From Lama glama (taxonomy: Eukaryota), in the NCBI GenBank assembly GCA_028534125.1, contig CM052837.1, positions 33,542,001-33,606,000 of the forward strand: a stretch of DNA of 64,000 bases, given 5' to 3'. Under the pieces are notes generated by a model that worked only from the letters and a program-made list of their open reading frames with translations, ran no database searches and had not been told where the DNA came from. Every line of letters starts with the position of its first letter. Position 1 is the first letter of the stretch. Positions 10,021-22,430 of this stretch are shown in pieces. The position numbers and the translations under genes were made by a program.

Positions 10021-10747
10021 TTTTTTGGTTTAGAAAATTTTCTTTTCTTTTTTTTTTTAAATTGAAGTGTCATGGATTTACAGTGTTGTGTTAGTTTCAG
10101 CTGTACAGCAAAGTGATTCAGTTATACATATACATCTATATACAAATTATTTTTCAGATTCTTTTCCATTATGGGCTATTACAAGATATTTAATATAGTT
10201 CCCTGTGCTATACAGTATATCCTTATTTGTCTGTTTTATAAATTGTAGTGTGTATATGTTAATCCCAGTTCCCAATTTATCCCCTACCCCTTTCCCATTT
10301 AGTAACCACAAGTTTGTTTTCTGTGTCTGTGAGTCTATTTCTGGTTTGCAAATAAGTTTGTGTCATTTTTTTAGATTCCACATATAAGAGATATCATATG
10401 ATACTTGTCTTTCTCTGTCTGACTCTCTTCACTTAGCATGATAANNNNNNNNNNNNNNNNNNNNNNNNNNNNNNNNNNNNNNNNNNNNNNNNNNNNNNNN
10501 NNNNNNNNNNNNNNNNNNNNNNNNNNNNNNNNNNNNNNNNNNNNNNNNNNNNNNNNNNNNNNNNNNNNNNNNNNNNNNNNNNNNNNNNNNNNNNNNNNNN
10601 TTCTATGTCTTGGCTGTTGTAAATAGTGCTGCTGTGAACATTGGGGTGCATTATCTTTTTGCGATATAGTTTTATCCAAATACATGCCCAGAAGTGGGAT
10701 TGCTGGATCATATGGTAGCTCTATTTTTAGTTTTTTGGGAACCCCAA
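10021..10747 (-). mobile_element. 5'-truncated L1 with perfect 13-bp TSD; contains gap 10445-10600
   Basis: TSD gctcagaggtctt at 10008-10020 and 10748-10760; TT|AAGA endonuclease site; L1 3' UTR sequence. Confidence 0.95.
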
Positions 10748-11149
10748 GCTCAGAGGTCTTAAGGCTTTAGGGGAAAGAATGATCCCCACCCCCGCAGCCC
10801 CTTCTGCCATCAGCTCAGGGGGGCTCCTGGCGGAGAGAAGCAGAGGGATCAGCTTCCTGTCCTCACCCCTGCTGAGATGCTGGGGAGGACAGGCAGGCTG
10901 GCAGTCTGTGGACATGAGACCTTTGGCTTCCGGAGATGACAACAGCCAGTATTTCAATTCAATGAGCCCAGCTGTGTGGTGGGTGATCTCATCTCTCTGA
11001 TCCTCAGTTATCTCCTCTGTAAAATGGGAACAGAGTCCCTGCCTCAGTCGATTGCTGTCAGGATCCATAACCCACATAGAAAACACTGGGCAGAGGCTAC
11101 CGTATGCAGTGGACTCAGCAAATCTTCCCATCTCAACTAATGAGTAACC

Positions 11150-11958
11150 CCAGGACCCAGCTGTTCAGGCCACAATCATTGTCATTCTTGATGCTCTGTC
11201 TCATTTCCACCCCACATCCAACCCCTCAGCAAATCTTGTTGGATCTACTGTCAGCATATGCCCTGCACGGATAACACCATTGCCGAAACCACCATCGTCT
11301 CTCTTCCGGATTTTTGCAAGAGCCTCCTCATTGGTCTCCCTGCATCCTCTGCCCTCTCATCATCTCACCCACAGGGCAGCAGAGGGAATCTTTTTAAACT
11401 CAAGTCAGTTCAAGCCCTTCTTTGCTCACAGCCTTCCAGTGGTTCCCTATCTCATACTCAGGCAGTGTCAGCATCCTTTCCATGGCTGACAAGCACCTGT
11501 GGGATCAGCCCCCAGATCATTCTCTACCTCATCCCATATTCCTCTTTCCATCTCTCTCTCTCTCTGCTTCAGCCACTCTGGCTTCCACGCTGCTTCTCCC
11601 ACACACTAAGCATGTTCCTGCCTCAGGGCCTTTGCACTGGCTGTTTCCTCTGCCCAAAATGCCCTTCCTTCTGATGACCACTTACCTAGTAATCTTGTCT
11701 CCTTCATGTCTTTGCTTTGATATTAACCTTTCCATGAGTCTGTCCCTGATCCAACTATAAAAAGAACAACACTTTCATATCTTATAGCCACACCTGATGT
11801 GTGATTTTGTTATTATTTACCTAGTTATTGTCTATCATCTCACTAGAATGTCAGCTCTGTGAAGGCAGGGACTATATCTGTTATGCCTTCTGCTGTGATT
11901 CTAACATCTAAGACAGTGCCTGGCATATAATATGTGCTCACTAAACAGTTGTTGAATC
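11150..11958 (+). mobile_element. L2 (L2a-like) 3' region
   Basis: cctgcctcagggcctttgcactggctgtt; cactagaatgtcagctctgtgaaggcaggga; acagtgcctggcatataa. Confidence 0.9.
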
Positions 11959-11989
11959 TGCAGAAGAATGTGTTGGGGACAGACTGAGA

Positions 11990-12225
11990 CCAGTGCCAGG
12001 CACTGTCCTAAGGATTTTACATAGATTCTCTTCTCTAATCCTCACACTAGTGCTATGAGGGACTTATCACTCTTGTTCTCCACTCCCCAAATGCATTCAC
12101 ATCCACACAGACCCATTTAACAGATGAGAAGACTGAGGCTCAGAAAGCCCAAGTGGTTTGTCAGGGTCAAGCCAGGGTTTGAGCTTGGACAGTGGGTCCC
12201 ATGATCAGCCTTTCTCTGGCTACAG
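11990..12225 (-). mobile_element. MIR
   Basis: cccatttaacagatgagaagactgaggctcagaaag. Confidence 0.85.
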
Positions 12226-12231
12226 TGCAGA

Positions 12232-12575
12232 GCGCTGCCCGCTCTGGCAACCATCAACACCATGTGGTGGCTCTTAAGCACATGAAATGTGACTGGTCTT
12301 AATTGAGATGAGCTGTGAATGTAAAACACACGCTGATTTCAAAGGCTTCATACCAAAAGAGAAATGTAAAATATCCTGTTAATAAATTTTCATATTGGTG
12401 ACATGTTGAAATGATAATATTTTGGATATATTGGGTTAAGTAAAATATATTATTCAAATTAACTTCACCTGGCTCCAATCCTTTTTTTTTTTTTTTAATG
12501 TGGCTACTAGAAAGTCGGAAATGGCAGTGTGGCTCCCATTTGGGGCTCATGGCGGGTGTCTGCTGGACAGCACTG
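12232..12575. mobile_element. MER33 (hAT-Charlie)
   Basis: catgttgaaatgataatatttttggatatattgggttaagtaaaatatatt; aatgtggctactagaaa; ggacagcactg. Confidence 0.9.
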
Positions 12576-14619
12576 TCCCACAGTGTCTTCTAGGCTTGCG
12601 CCTGAACAGCTCTTGCCTGGGAGTAAGCAGGTGAGCTGCTGGGGGCCTCCTTTGGCCTCCAGGGTACCGCAGCCAAAACCTGTTCTCCGAAGACCCTGCC
12701 TAGGGATTTGGATGGTAAATATTTACGGTTCTGAGGTTGCGTTTCTAACTGCTCCAATATGCCTTCGGATGTTGTATAAACCTCATCATGGCAAGGCACA
12801 CGTTTCCCATTTCCACCGCCTTTAATCCTCCAGCCCCCGATAAAGGAGATGTGATGACATCTCTTGAAGTGCCAGGCCAAGTCTGCCTGGGAAAAGGCCA
12901 CATGGGGCTGCAAAGGGCAGGGGCTGATAGGGGCATTCCCCAGTGGCTGTATTTTTGGAAGTAATAGTGGTGTTTTTAATGGTCAAATTCGATTACTCTC
13001 CCAACCTGGTTGTGGAATGAAAGGTTAGGAATTTTGTAGGGTCTAAGGCTAGAGTTGTCATGGCAGTGCTCACCCCTCCAGTGGGACTCAGTGCAGGATT
13101 TAAAATTGTTGCTAATGAAAACTGAGGTTGAATGTTGGAGGACAAGAAAATTCATCATTTGTTGTGGGTTGTGATGGTGAAAGTAGAATTATGGCGCGTG
13201 CGCATGCGCGTGTGTTTTAAAGGTATCTAATTTCATCCCATTGGGCTGTGGCCACCGTTTTCTGTTTTACGAAGCCCTGAGAATGGAGTGACAGTGTGCA
13301 TCCCTGTTTGAAGTGACTGTATATGGAGAACTGAGTCACAGGAGAGAAACATTTGGAAAAATTGGCAGTGCTTCAAGATGACTTAGAGACAGTTGATGTT
13401 TGATGTCTTTGGTAGTGTGGCAGACTGCAAAATCTCAGGTTGCACAGATGAAGTGAGGACTCTGAATTTGCACGACAAACCAAATTGTAATTAGAAGGTA
13501 AAATAATTCTCTTGACTACAAAAAAAATTCTTCATATTAGATTCCCCAGAACCTTGTTAATGGAGAGACATCAGCTGAAACTAGTTATTTGAAATTTTTC
13601 TTTTTATTGGAAAGAAAAGCCTCCTTTTTTTTTTAAACTTCCCATTTCCTGCAATTACTGGTAGCAATTTTTAACAATTAGAAATTGTTATCCATGACTT
13701 ACAGAGCACACTTTATACTGTTCTGGTTGTGTCTTCTTCCTGAGAATTAATTAATTGTTACTCAGGGCCAAGAGGGTTTTAACACAAGGGCAACACCCCT
13801 ATGGTCGTGATACTCTTTCACGTGAAGGCTAAGGTTTTGCAATCATAGATGGTAAGTTACCTTTTTAAAATAAGAAGTTCTTCCCTCTTTTCTTTCGAAT
13901 CCTGATGCCCCACTTGCAGTGAAATGAGGCCGTTTTCTTTAAGTTCTGGCCTCTCAGCAAATGGTTATTTTAACTGACACTCAAGTCAAAAGCTCGTTTG
14001 TAATATCCTTTCATTTCAGTTTTATGGCAAATTAAATTATGGTTGTGGTTAAACAAAATTACATTAAAAACCATATGTGCAGAAGAAGTTTTGCGGAAGA
14101 GTATTGAGTTTATACTTTAAAAAGCCCGAACTGCTCTGTTTAAAGTGGATCTTTTATAAACTTACAGTCACGGGGCAACAATAACGTCCTTCACTGAGTC
14201 AAACAGTTTGGAAAGAAACGCGAACTGCAAACGCTAAGTTGAGTTTTTCTGTCAAACCACGTTTGAAATTAAGGAATTCGTGTAAATTGCCGTCTTTTGC
14301 ATCAGAAGGCAGAAACGTACACAGTTCCCCTGCTATATGGAGTTGTTGTGACATAAGAAAACAGAATCTTTTTAAACCTCGAGTTTAATTAATTCTTAAA
14401 AAAATAATTTAGCAGCAGCACGTTAAAAGGAAAAAGGAGGGAAAAAAACCCGATTAGTTCCAAATAAGCGTCTCTTAATCACCCTTATGAAGGCGTAATT
14501 TGCAAAACACTACGACGAAGTAACATCTTTTTAATTTTAGGGGGGGAAGTGCATTGATAAAAATAAGTAGAACATTTTAATTAAAACTCGTAAAGTTGTG
14601 GACATCTGCTGGGGATTGT

Positions 14620-15560
14620 TCAGCGTGGCAGCGATTAGCGGATCCCTGCGCCTAGATAATGAGCCCCGGGTTGTCGTTATTGGCATAATGGCCAGGGTCC
14701 TCTGTGAGAACGCTGCGGGCTCACTTTGTGGTGCCGGGCATATGCCTATTAGATCCCAATAAGTGTAACCTAAAAGGGGGGAGGGGNNNNNNNNNNNNNN
14801 NNNNNNNNNNNNNNNNNNNNNNNNNNNNNNNNNNNNNNNNNNNNNNNNNNNNNNNNNNNNNNNNNNNNNNNNNNNNNNNNNNNNNNNNNNNNNNNNNNNN
14901 NNNNNNNNNNNNNNNNNNNNNNNNNNNNNNNNNNNNNNNNNNGCGGGCGAGGGGGGCGCGGCGCGCACAAAGGGCCCGGAGCGCCTCATTAGAGACGCGT
15001 TTGATGGGCTCCCGTCCCCCACGGGGGCCCTGGGCGATGTCAATGGGATAATTACGATGATCTAATGGCCGGCTCTTTTGCATGCAGGCCTGCCTGAATG
15101 GGGCGCCTCGAGGCTGCATTGAGGCCGGGCTGTGTAAACTGTAGGGTGCCTCGCCGACTTGGAGCCACGGAGACTGGCGGCGGGTCAACTTGGACCACTT
15201 TGCATTCACGCTCTGAATAGGCGGAGCGGGAGGCGCCCTTTTCCGCGGCCGCCTTTCAGCGGAGAGAGTGACAGATTGGAGGTCAGGGGCTGGCGGGATG
15301 GAGGCCCTCGCGGCGCAGATGGACCGCGCGCGGCCACTGCGCGGACCCCCGCCGGGACCCCCGCCCTGCGCAGAGGCGCGTCTACGCGGACGGCTCGGAC
15401 CGCGCGCGGGTGCAGGACCCACCGCCCTGGCTCCACTAATGCAGTCGGGGCAAGGGTGCATTTCCATTTTCCCCCAAAACTACTCTCATAATTACAAGAG
15501 TAATACATCCAGCAAGTCCCAGAGCCCAGCACTTGGCTCATCTCCCGGCACTTGAGACTT
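14620..15560. promoter_or_regulatory. Orphan CpG island, putative developmental enhancer or promoter; contains gap 14787-14942
   Basis: High GC and CpG, no recognisable repeats, many TAAT/ATTA cores plus CTTTGT/ACAAAG; no credible CDS. Confidence 0.75.
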
Positions 15561-16329
15561 GGTCCCTGCCAGGAGCACGAGCAAAGCAGCCCCACCCGAA
15601 TGCTTTGGAGGAGAGGGCGGAGAGGAAACAAACAAACAAAAAGAACTGGGTCTTTTGATATTTCAAGAAAATGCTCACTGGATTATATTGAACCACATGA
15701 CTTTGCCGATGTCCGATCACTTTTTACCTAAATAGCTGACAATTTCATGTGGTTGAACCTAATGGTATCTCGCTTCCCTCAGGACGTGGAGTCAGTGTGT
15801 TCATTGTGAATTACTTTGCAGACGCAGGAATCCTGCTCTTTTCAGCCCCTAGGAGTTTTACACAGCTTAATCTGGGTCTTCCAAGCACATAATAGCCACT
15901 CAGTGAATATTACTGGAACGAAAGTATTAATAAACGAACACAGAACTGTATACAAAAAGTAAGTAGTTATCTCTCTGCCCTCCTCCCATCAGCGACCCCA
16001 GCTCCTCTAGGGGAGCAATTACAACAGCCTGGAACATTTCCTTTTCCTCCTTACTTGTGCAGTAAAAAAAATCACTTTGTTTCTCAAAAACTTAAATCAC
16101 ACTAACTGGGTAAAAAGAAAGAAATAATCCTTACATTGTCATTCCAGACCTGTGTGTGTGTTCTCTCTGTAAGATTATATATGATACAGCACATTTCCTA
16201 AGCCACCAACGTAGCCCTGATTTTATATTAGCGAGATCATAGGATACACGATATTTGACAACCTGATATAACCCACTCTTACTGATATTTTTCCATATCA
16301 GTAAATAGTGATGTACACTCTCTTGTAAA

Positions 16330-16560
16330 TGGCTATTTACAGCTTGTGACATGGATGCACTTATTTGCCTAAGAAATCCCCAACTAATGGACACATAGGT
16401 TGTTTCCATTTTTTCCTCTTTAAAACAATATTGTTATGACCATATTTGCGCATTCTATTTTTGTATATCCTCCCAATTATCTCCTTAAGGTGAATAATTA
16501 TTGTTTCAAGGAGGGTAAAGAATGTCATTTCTCTCATATATAGTTTATATTTAGAGGTGG
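16330..16560 (-). mobile_element. Old L1M (L1ME-like) fragment
   Basis: ctaatggacacataggttgtttccattttt. Confidence 0.6.
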
Positions 16561-17189
16561 AGTCAATCCTCAACAATAATCTAGCCTTCATCACATATGA
16601 AAATGCATACACACGCACTGGCTGTTCCAGTCCTCATCCTCATGTCAGACATTTAAACTTTCTCACCCTTTTCCATCCCAGAAACTCTCTTTTTCTTAGT
16701 AGAAATTTTGGGGGTCACTCCAGGGAAGAGGTGTCTATGATCATATTATCCACTCTTTTCATGATTCAGTGAAATCTTTTTTTTTATAGCCAACAATTAG
16801 AAATGATTTCATCTTTGATGCTTTCCCTGAGTCATAACCCTTTCACAGTTGATCTGAACACCAGATTACATTGAGGTCCCAAAGCCAGACTTACAGACAA
16901 TACCTGGCCAGCAAATGACAGCAAATGACATCATGTAACTGATGAAATGGAATTGTCAAGTGTAATAAAATGCATCCCTCCTTTGGAATCTTGCTGCTAC
17001 TCCCATGATATCCAAGCTGCGTCTGGGCTGCAGGATAAATTCATCATCAGACAGAAAACAAAAGTGGAATTAAGTGGTAGTTAAGTTTTTAAAAATTCAA
17101 TTTCCATAAAACAATCTATGTTCATAGTAAACATTTTTTTTCCAAACATGACAATGAAAACTTTCTCCCACATCTCATCTCCACCACCA

Positions 17190-17720
17190 CCACCCAGTTT
17201 CTAGATTTCTCTCCTTAGAGGCACCCTCTCCTGTCAAGTTCTTGCATCTCCTTCCATCGGCTTACATATACAAGGTTTTCTTACAGAGGAGGTTAATATA
17301 CTGCACACTTCGTTCTGCATTTTGCTCTTTTCACTTACCAGACTCTGGGTCAGTATTCCTTAGTGGGATGAACCACAGTTTAACCAATCCCCTGTCAATG
17401 GACACTTAGGTTGGGCTCAGTCATTTGTTACTACAATTTTCTTTCTACAAACAGATAAACTAGAGCTGTTGTTAAATTCCTAGCAGTGGAAATGAGTTAA
17501 AAGACATATGCATTCAAAGACTTAACAGCTGTTGCCAAAATGCCCTCCAAAGAACTCCTTCTAATTTGCACTCCCCAAAAAAGAAATCCTTCCAGTCTGC
17601 GCTCCCCAAAATCAGGTCTGAGAGGACACGTTTCCCTGTTCCTTCACCCACTCAGTGCTGTGTCAGCTTTTTTATTCCTGTCAGTCAAATCTGTGAAAAT
17701 GTCTGAATGATGTTTTTAAC
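17190..17720 (-). mobile_element. Old L1M (L1ME-like) fragment
   Basis: tttaaccaatcccctgtcaatggacacttaggttg; taaattcctagcagtggaa; ttgccaaaatgccctccaaa. Confidence 0.7.
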
Positions 17721-19691
17721 TGCTAAAGCCTGCGTGACTTTGAATCAGAACCCAGTCTCAAAGGGAGGATGGAGGGATGGGCTCCGATCCCCCACTGAGC
17801 CAGGAGTTAAAAGTTCCAGGGAATGTTGGCCCCATGGAATTTCTCCTCCATGAGGGGGAAGGAGAAAGCCTGTGGGCTGTGTTTACCCTGCCGGAATGAG
17901 GGGAGGGCCTGTGCCCTTGTTTGGGGTGCAGCCCTCCCTCTGGCTGGCGTCACCTTGCTGCCCAACAGTCAATCTACCCGCGGGCTAAGGGCTCCCAGGG
18001 ACCCCAGCAGCAGAAAGGCCACCCACCTATGTTGGGAGGTCATACCTAGGGCAGGACTAGGTACCAGGCAGGTGCACTTGCTCAGGCAGATTTGACCACA
18101 GAGAGCAGCTAGATCTCCATATACTCCGACTGAGACTTGACCAGAATCTTCACCCAAAGCCTCCTGGAAATCGCCATCCCCTCCCCACTTCCATGCTGCC
18201 CAACTAATAAACGGGGGAGGGGTGGGGAGCTGCACTGGCAACGAACAAAATTGCATATTCTTTTTTGAGTAAGTAGAGGGACCTGGGCGGGTCTCCTGCA
18301 TGGGATATGACCCTCCCTCAATCCCTTGTCTTTGCACAGAGGCTTGTGAAACCCACTGTAAAGATCTCGGCTAAAATATCCTCTTTCACCTATGATTTTG
18401 GGCGTGACTGAGGAACGTTAAGCATTTCAGCTCCTTAACCTGTTAAAAAAGACCACGAAAACTTTTTTATGCCTCAGAGCCCTCCCGGCGTCCCGCTGCC
18501 TTTTAAATGTGCGCCCTGGGAGGGGGTCTGGAGCCCTTTCTAACTTGCTTTCCCCGGTTGCTCTCCACCCAGTTTTCTGCGCCTGCCCCAACCAGCGGCA
18601 TTTTCTGTGAAAACACGACTCCTACTCAGATTCCTTCTGAGGATCTGTAGCTCTTTTCGCCCCAGTGAAAACGATCCTCGGCCATGGTTTTGGAGAGTGA
18701 CACAAATGTGGGACATTATTCTGTGTCTTTGGAAATTGGCAAAGGCTTGCATGCCATAAAGAAATATTTTAAAACATTAACCTTCGGCTGCAACAGTACC
18801 TCGATCTCATTTCGCTTACTGTTGTTTCAGAAAAATACCTTTCATGTTGGTTTAAGACAAATTTTTATGTTGTCATTAGTTTTATCTTCTCTTCATTGTT
18901 TGTTAAAATCAGAATCTAGGAGCTAAAAATAAATAATCTGCAAAGAGCCAAAGGAGGGGGAAACTGTTCTGTTGTTCAGGGCTGGGGCTTTTGTTTTGTT
19001 TTGTTTTCTCTCAGCTAAGAGGACACTAACGGAGTTCTCAGGTATTTGCATCTTCAGACAGCTCTGGTGGATTTGAGCACCGAAGCTGTACATCAAAGAG
19101 TTAAATGTAAATAGCTCGTCTTTGCAGGACATCTGGCTCCTGCCTAACGTAGGTGGAGTTTGGAATCTGGGGTCCCACAAACCCCTTGCATTTTTGGTTG
19201 ATTGTCTTTAATTACTTTTGAGGGCTGAACAAGGTTGCTTGTGCCTCGGGGAGCTCATGACAGACGAGGAATGTTCTTAATGTCATTTATGAGGAGCACA
19301 TCATGAAGCATCAAACAGACCAAAAATGACAAGAATAGCAAGTGTATCATTATAGCCTTTATTTAAGTAGACGATGCAGTAAACAGAAAGAAAAACTAAC
19401 CACACTGGGGGGGGTGGATTTATTTGCCTTGATTGCCTATTAATCAGAAAGGCATTTATACCCTGATTTTTACAGCATTTGCTTAAGTTCTAATTTCTCT
19501 GGTGGAAGGATGGAGAGAGAGAGTCAGGGGATGAGTGGCGGTGGTGGGCAGAGGTGCTGACAGTCCCTCAGGAAACCCAGTTAAGTCCAGTTTAGGGTCC
19601 AAAAGGGAAAAAAATACTTGCTAATTATTTTTTACAATTTCTTTCTGGGGAGAGGAGCAAATATGGAGAAGTTGTAGCCAGAAATAAAATC

Positions 19692-20172
19692 ATCAGATTT
19701 ATCCAATAAAAATATAAGATGGCCAGATACACAAATATCAAACCATTATGTTGTATACTTGAATCTGATGTTGTATGCCAGTTGCACCTCCATAAAAGAA
19801 GAGGAGGAAGAGAAGGGAAAATACAGGATGACCAGCTCAGTTTGAATTTCAGATAAACAATAGAGAATTTTTAAGTATAAGCAGGTCCCATGCAATATTT
19901 GGGACAGATTTATATTTTAAAAAGTTATCTGCTGGGTAGGGGGAAGGTATAGGTCAAGTGGCAGAGCGCATGCTTAGCGTGCATGAGGTCGTGGGTTCAC
20001 TCCCAGTGCCTCCATTATAAGTAAATAAATAAACCTAATTATTCCCCCCACCAAGGAAAAAAAAGTGAAAAAAAAATAAAGAAGAAAAGAAAGCTTTAAA
20101 GAAGTTTTAAAAATTATCTGCTGTTTCTCTGAAGTTCAGATAAAATTAATTGGGTGAAATTTGGCAACCCTG
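19692..20172. mobile_element. MER53 palindromic DNA element hosting two retro-insertions
   Basis: tttgaatttcagataaacaa, gtcccatgcaatatttgggaca, tggcaaccct terminus. Confidence 0.85.
19935..20108 (+). mobile_element. tRNA-derived SINE (camelid type) with TSD
   Basis: ggggaaggtataggtcaagtggcagagcgcatgcttagcgtgcatgaggtcgtgggttc...taaataaacctaatta; TSD aaaaa(g)ttatctgctg at 19919-19934 and 20109-20123. Confidence 0.9.
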
Positions 20173-21100
20173 TCCAAGGTAGGAATAGAAACCCTGATTC
20201 CTTGTCATTTCACCATCTGTGTGTCTGGATCCCAGGAAATTAAGTGTTACTGCATGAAAAGAGACATTAAGGAGGGAGGGTGCACACGCATTAGTCAAAG
20301 GCTAAATAGTAGTCACTCAGCTGTACTTTACCCCCAGGAGTATACGCTTCTATTAGTGAGCATGGAAGCACTTGGCAGTGTCATGATGGAACCCATGGAA
20401 ACTGCCTTGTCGGGGTAGAGGAGGGGCTGGAAGAACTGTGGGGCTGGGCCTGAGAATTTGAGGCATGGTCTCTGGCTGCTTCCTAGGGGTGTGACCCCGA
20501 GAAGGTTGCTTACACCTTCAGAGCTTCAGTTTTCTCGTCTATCAACAAGAGTATCTGCATCTCTGTCCCGGAGCGTTCTCACCCAGGTGACACGAGGAAC
20601 GGACAAGCAGCCCTCTAGAAATGCTGGGGTTTTACAGGAGGAGAGGCTGGGCCTCCTGATGGTGTGGAGCCCTGGCCTTGAGGGACCAGGGGACCCGAGG
20701 TTCTGAGGCTATGTGGCCAATGACTTCAGTGTCCTCACTTGTGATCCATTACAAATTTAAGCCACAATCACCTTTCAAAATGGAAATGGGATCTTTCCAT
20801 ACCCTTCTCAAATATCTGAAATGCTTCTTGTCACCTTTGGAATGAAATCCAGGTCTTTGATGACCTACGAGACCCATCCTGATGTTCCATCCACCCACCC
20901 ATGTGGTTGTGACCTCCCTCACCAAGTTTCTGCTACTCTAGCCTCCTCGCTGCATCTCAGACTCTCCAACTGGGACTGGGGTGAGGCAAGAGAAGGATCC
21001 AAGATGCAGAATTTAAGGCAGCCCTTGTCTCTCTGCGGGAGCTCATCCTCTCTGTGATGAATTTAGAGCAAGTCCCTCTGGGGCTAAGAAGTGGCAGCCC

Positions 21101-22430
21101 ACCCACTCATATATGGACGATGAATTTATGACAAAGGAGCAAAGAACATGCAATGGAGAAAGGACAGTCTCTTCAATAAATGATGTTGGGAGACCTGGAC
21201 AACCACACACAAACGAATGAAGCTATACCTCTATCTTACACCACAGACAAAATTAACTCAAAATGGATTAAAGACTTGAATGTATGACCTGAAACCACAG
21301 AATTCCTAGAAGAAAACATAGATGATAACCTCACTGACATCGGTTTTTGTGATGTTTTTGTGGATCTGACTCCAAAGGCAAGGGAAACAAAAGCAAGAAT
21401 AAATAAATGGGACGACATCAAACTGAGAAGCTGCACCGTGAAGGAAATCATCATAAAAACAAAAAGGCCACCTACTGAATGGGAGAAGATATTTGCAAAT
21501 CATATATCCAGTAAGAGGCTAGTATCCAAGGTATACAGAGAACTCACACAACTCAACAACAACAAAAACCAAGCAACCCAATTAGAAGATGGACAGAGAA
21601 TCTGAATAGACATTTTTCCAAAGAAGACAGAGATGGCCAGCAGGTCCATGAGAAGATGCTCAGTGTCACTAATCATTAGGGAAATGAAAATCAAAACCAC
21701 AATGAGGTATCACCTCACACCTGTTAGAATGGCTATTATTAACAAAGACAAGAAACAGCAAGTACTGGAGAGGGTGTAGATAAAAGGAAACTTCTATACA
21801 CTGTTGGTGGGAATGTAAATTGGTGTAGCCACTATGGAAAACATTAGACAGATTCCTCAAAAAATCAAGACTAGAACTACCATATAATCAGCTATCCACT
21901 TCTAGGTATTTATCCAAAGAACATGAAAACACTCATTCAAAAAGATACACGCACCCTGATGTTCACTGCAGCATTATTCACAGTAGCCGAGATAAGGAGA
22001 CAACCTAAGCATCCACCAACAGACGAAGGGCTAAAGNNNNNNNNNNNNNNNNNNNNNNNNNNNNNNNNNNNNNNNNNNNNNNNNNNNNNNNNNNNNNNNN
22101 NNNNNNNNNNNNNNNNNNNNNNNNNNNNNNNNNNNNNNNNNNNNNNNNNNNNNNNNNNNNNNNNNNNNNNNNNNNNNNNNNNNNNNNNNNNNNNNNAAAA
22201 AACTGAAACAAATGAACAAACACAGTAAAGCAAAAACAAAGTCGTAGGTACAGAGACCAGATGAGTGGTTAGCAGAGGGGGAGGGGGTTGAGGGGTGAGT
22301 GAAATGGATGAAGGGGGTCAAGTGTATGGTGAAGGGTGGAAGCTAGCCTTGTGGTGGTGATTACTTTGTAGTGTATACAGATGTCTCATTATAATGCTGT
22401 ACACCTGAAAGTTATATATATATATAAAAT
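21101..22430 (+). mobile_element. L1 ORF2 C-terminus plus 3' UTR, degraded; contains gap 22037-22196
   Basis: ORF 21360-21605 TPKARETKARINKWDDIKL...PTEWEKIFANH is L1 ORF2p; possible diverged TSD 21086-21100 / 22428-22442. Confidence 0.95.

Noticed and set aside
14537-15631. Long ORFs over the CpG island (e.g. 14721-15467, 248 aa)
   Set aside because: Inflated by an N gap and by stop-poor GC-rich sequence; low-complexity R/P/A/G peptides with no domain.
19935-20015. tRNA gene
   Set aside because: tRNA-like head belongs to a SINE with A-rich tail and TSD.
21236-22321. ORFs in the L1 copy as genes
   Set aside because: Frameshifted L1 ORF2 remnants and their antisense; not functional.
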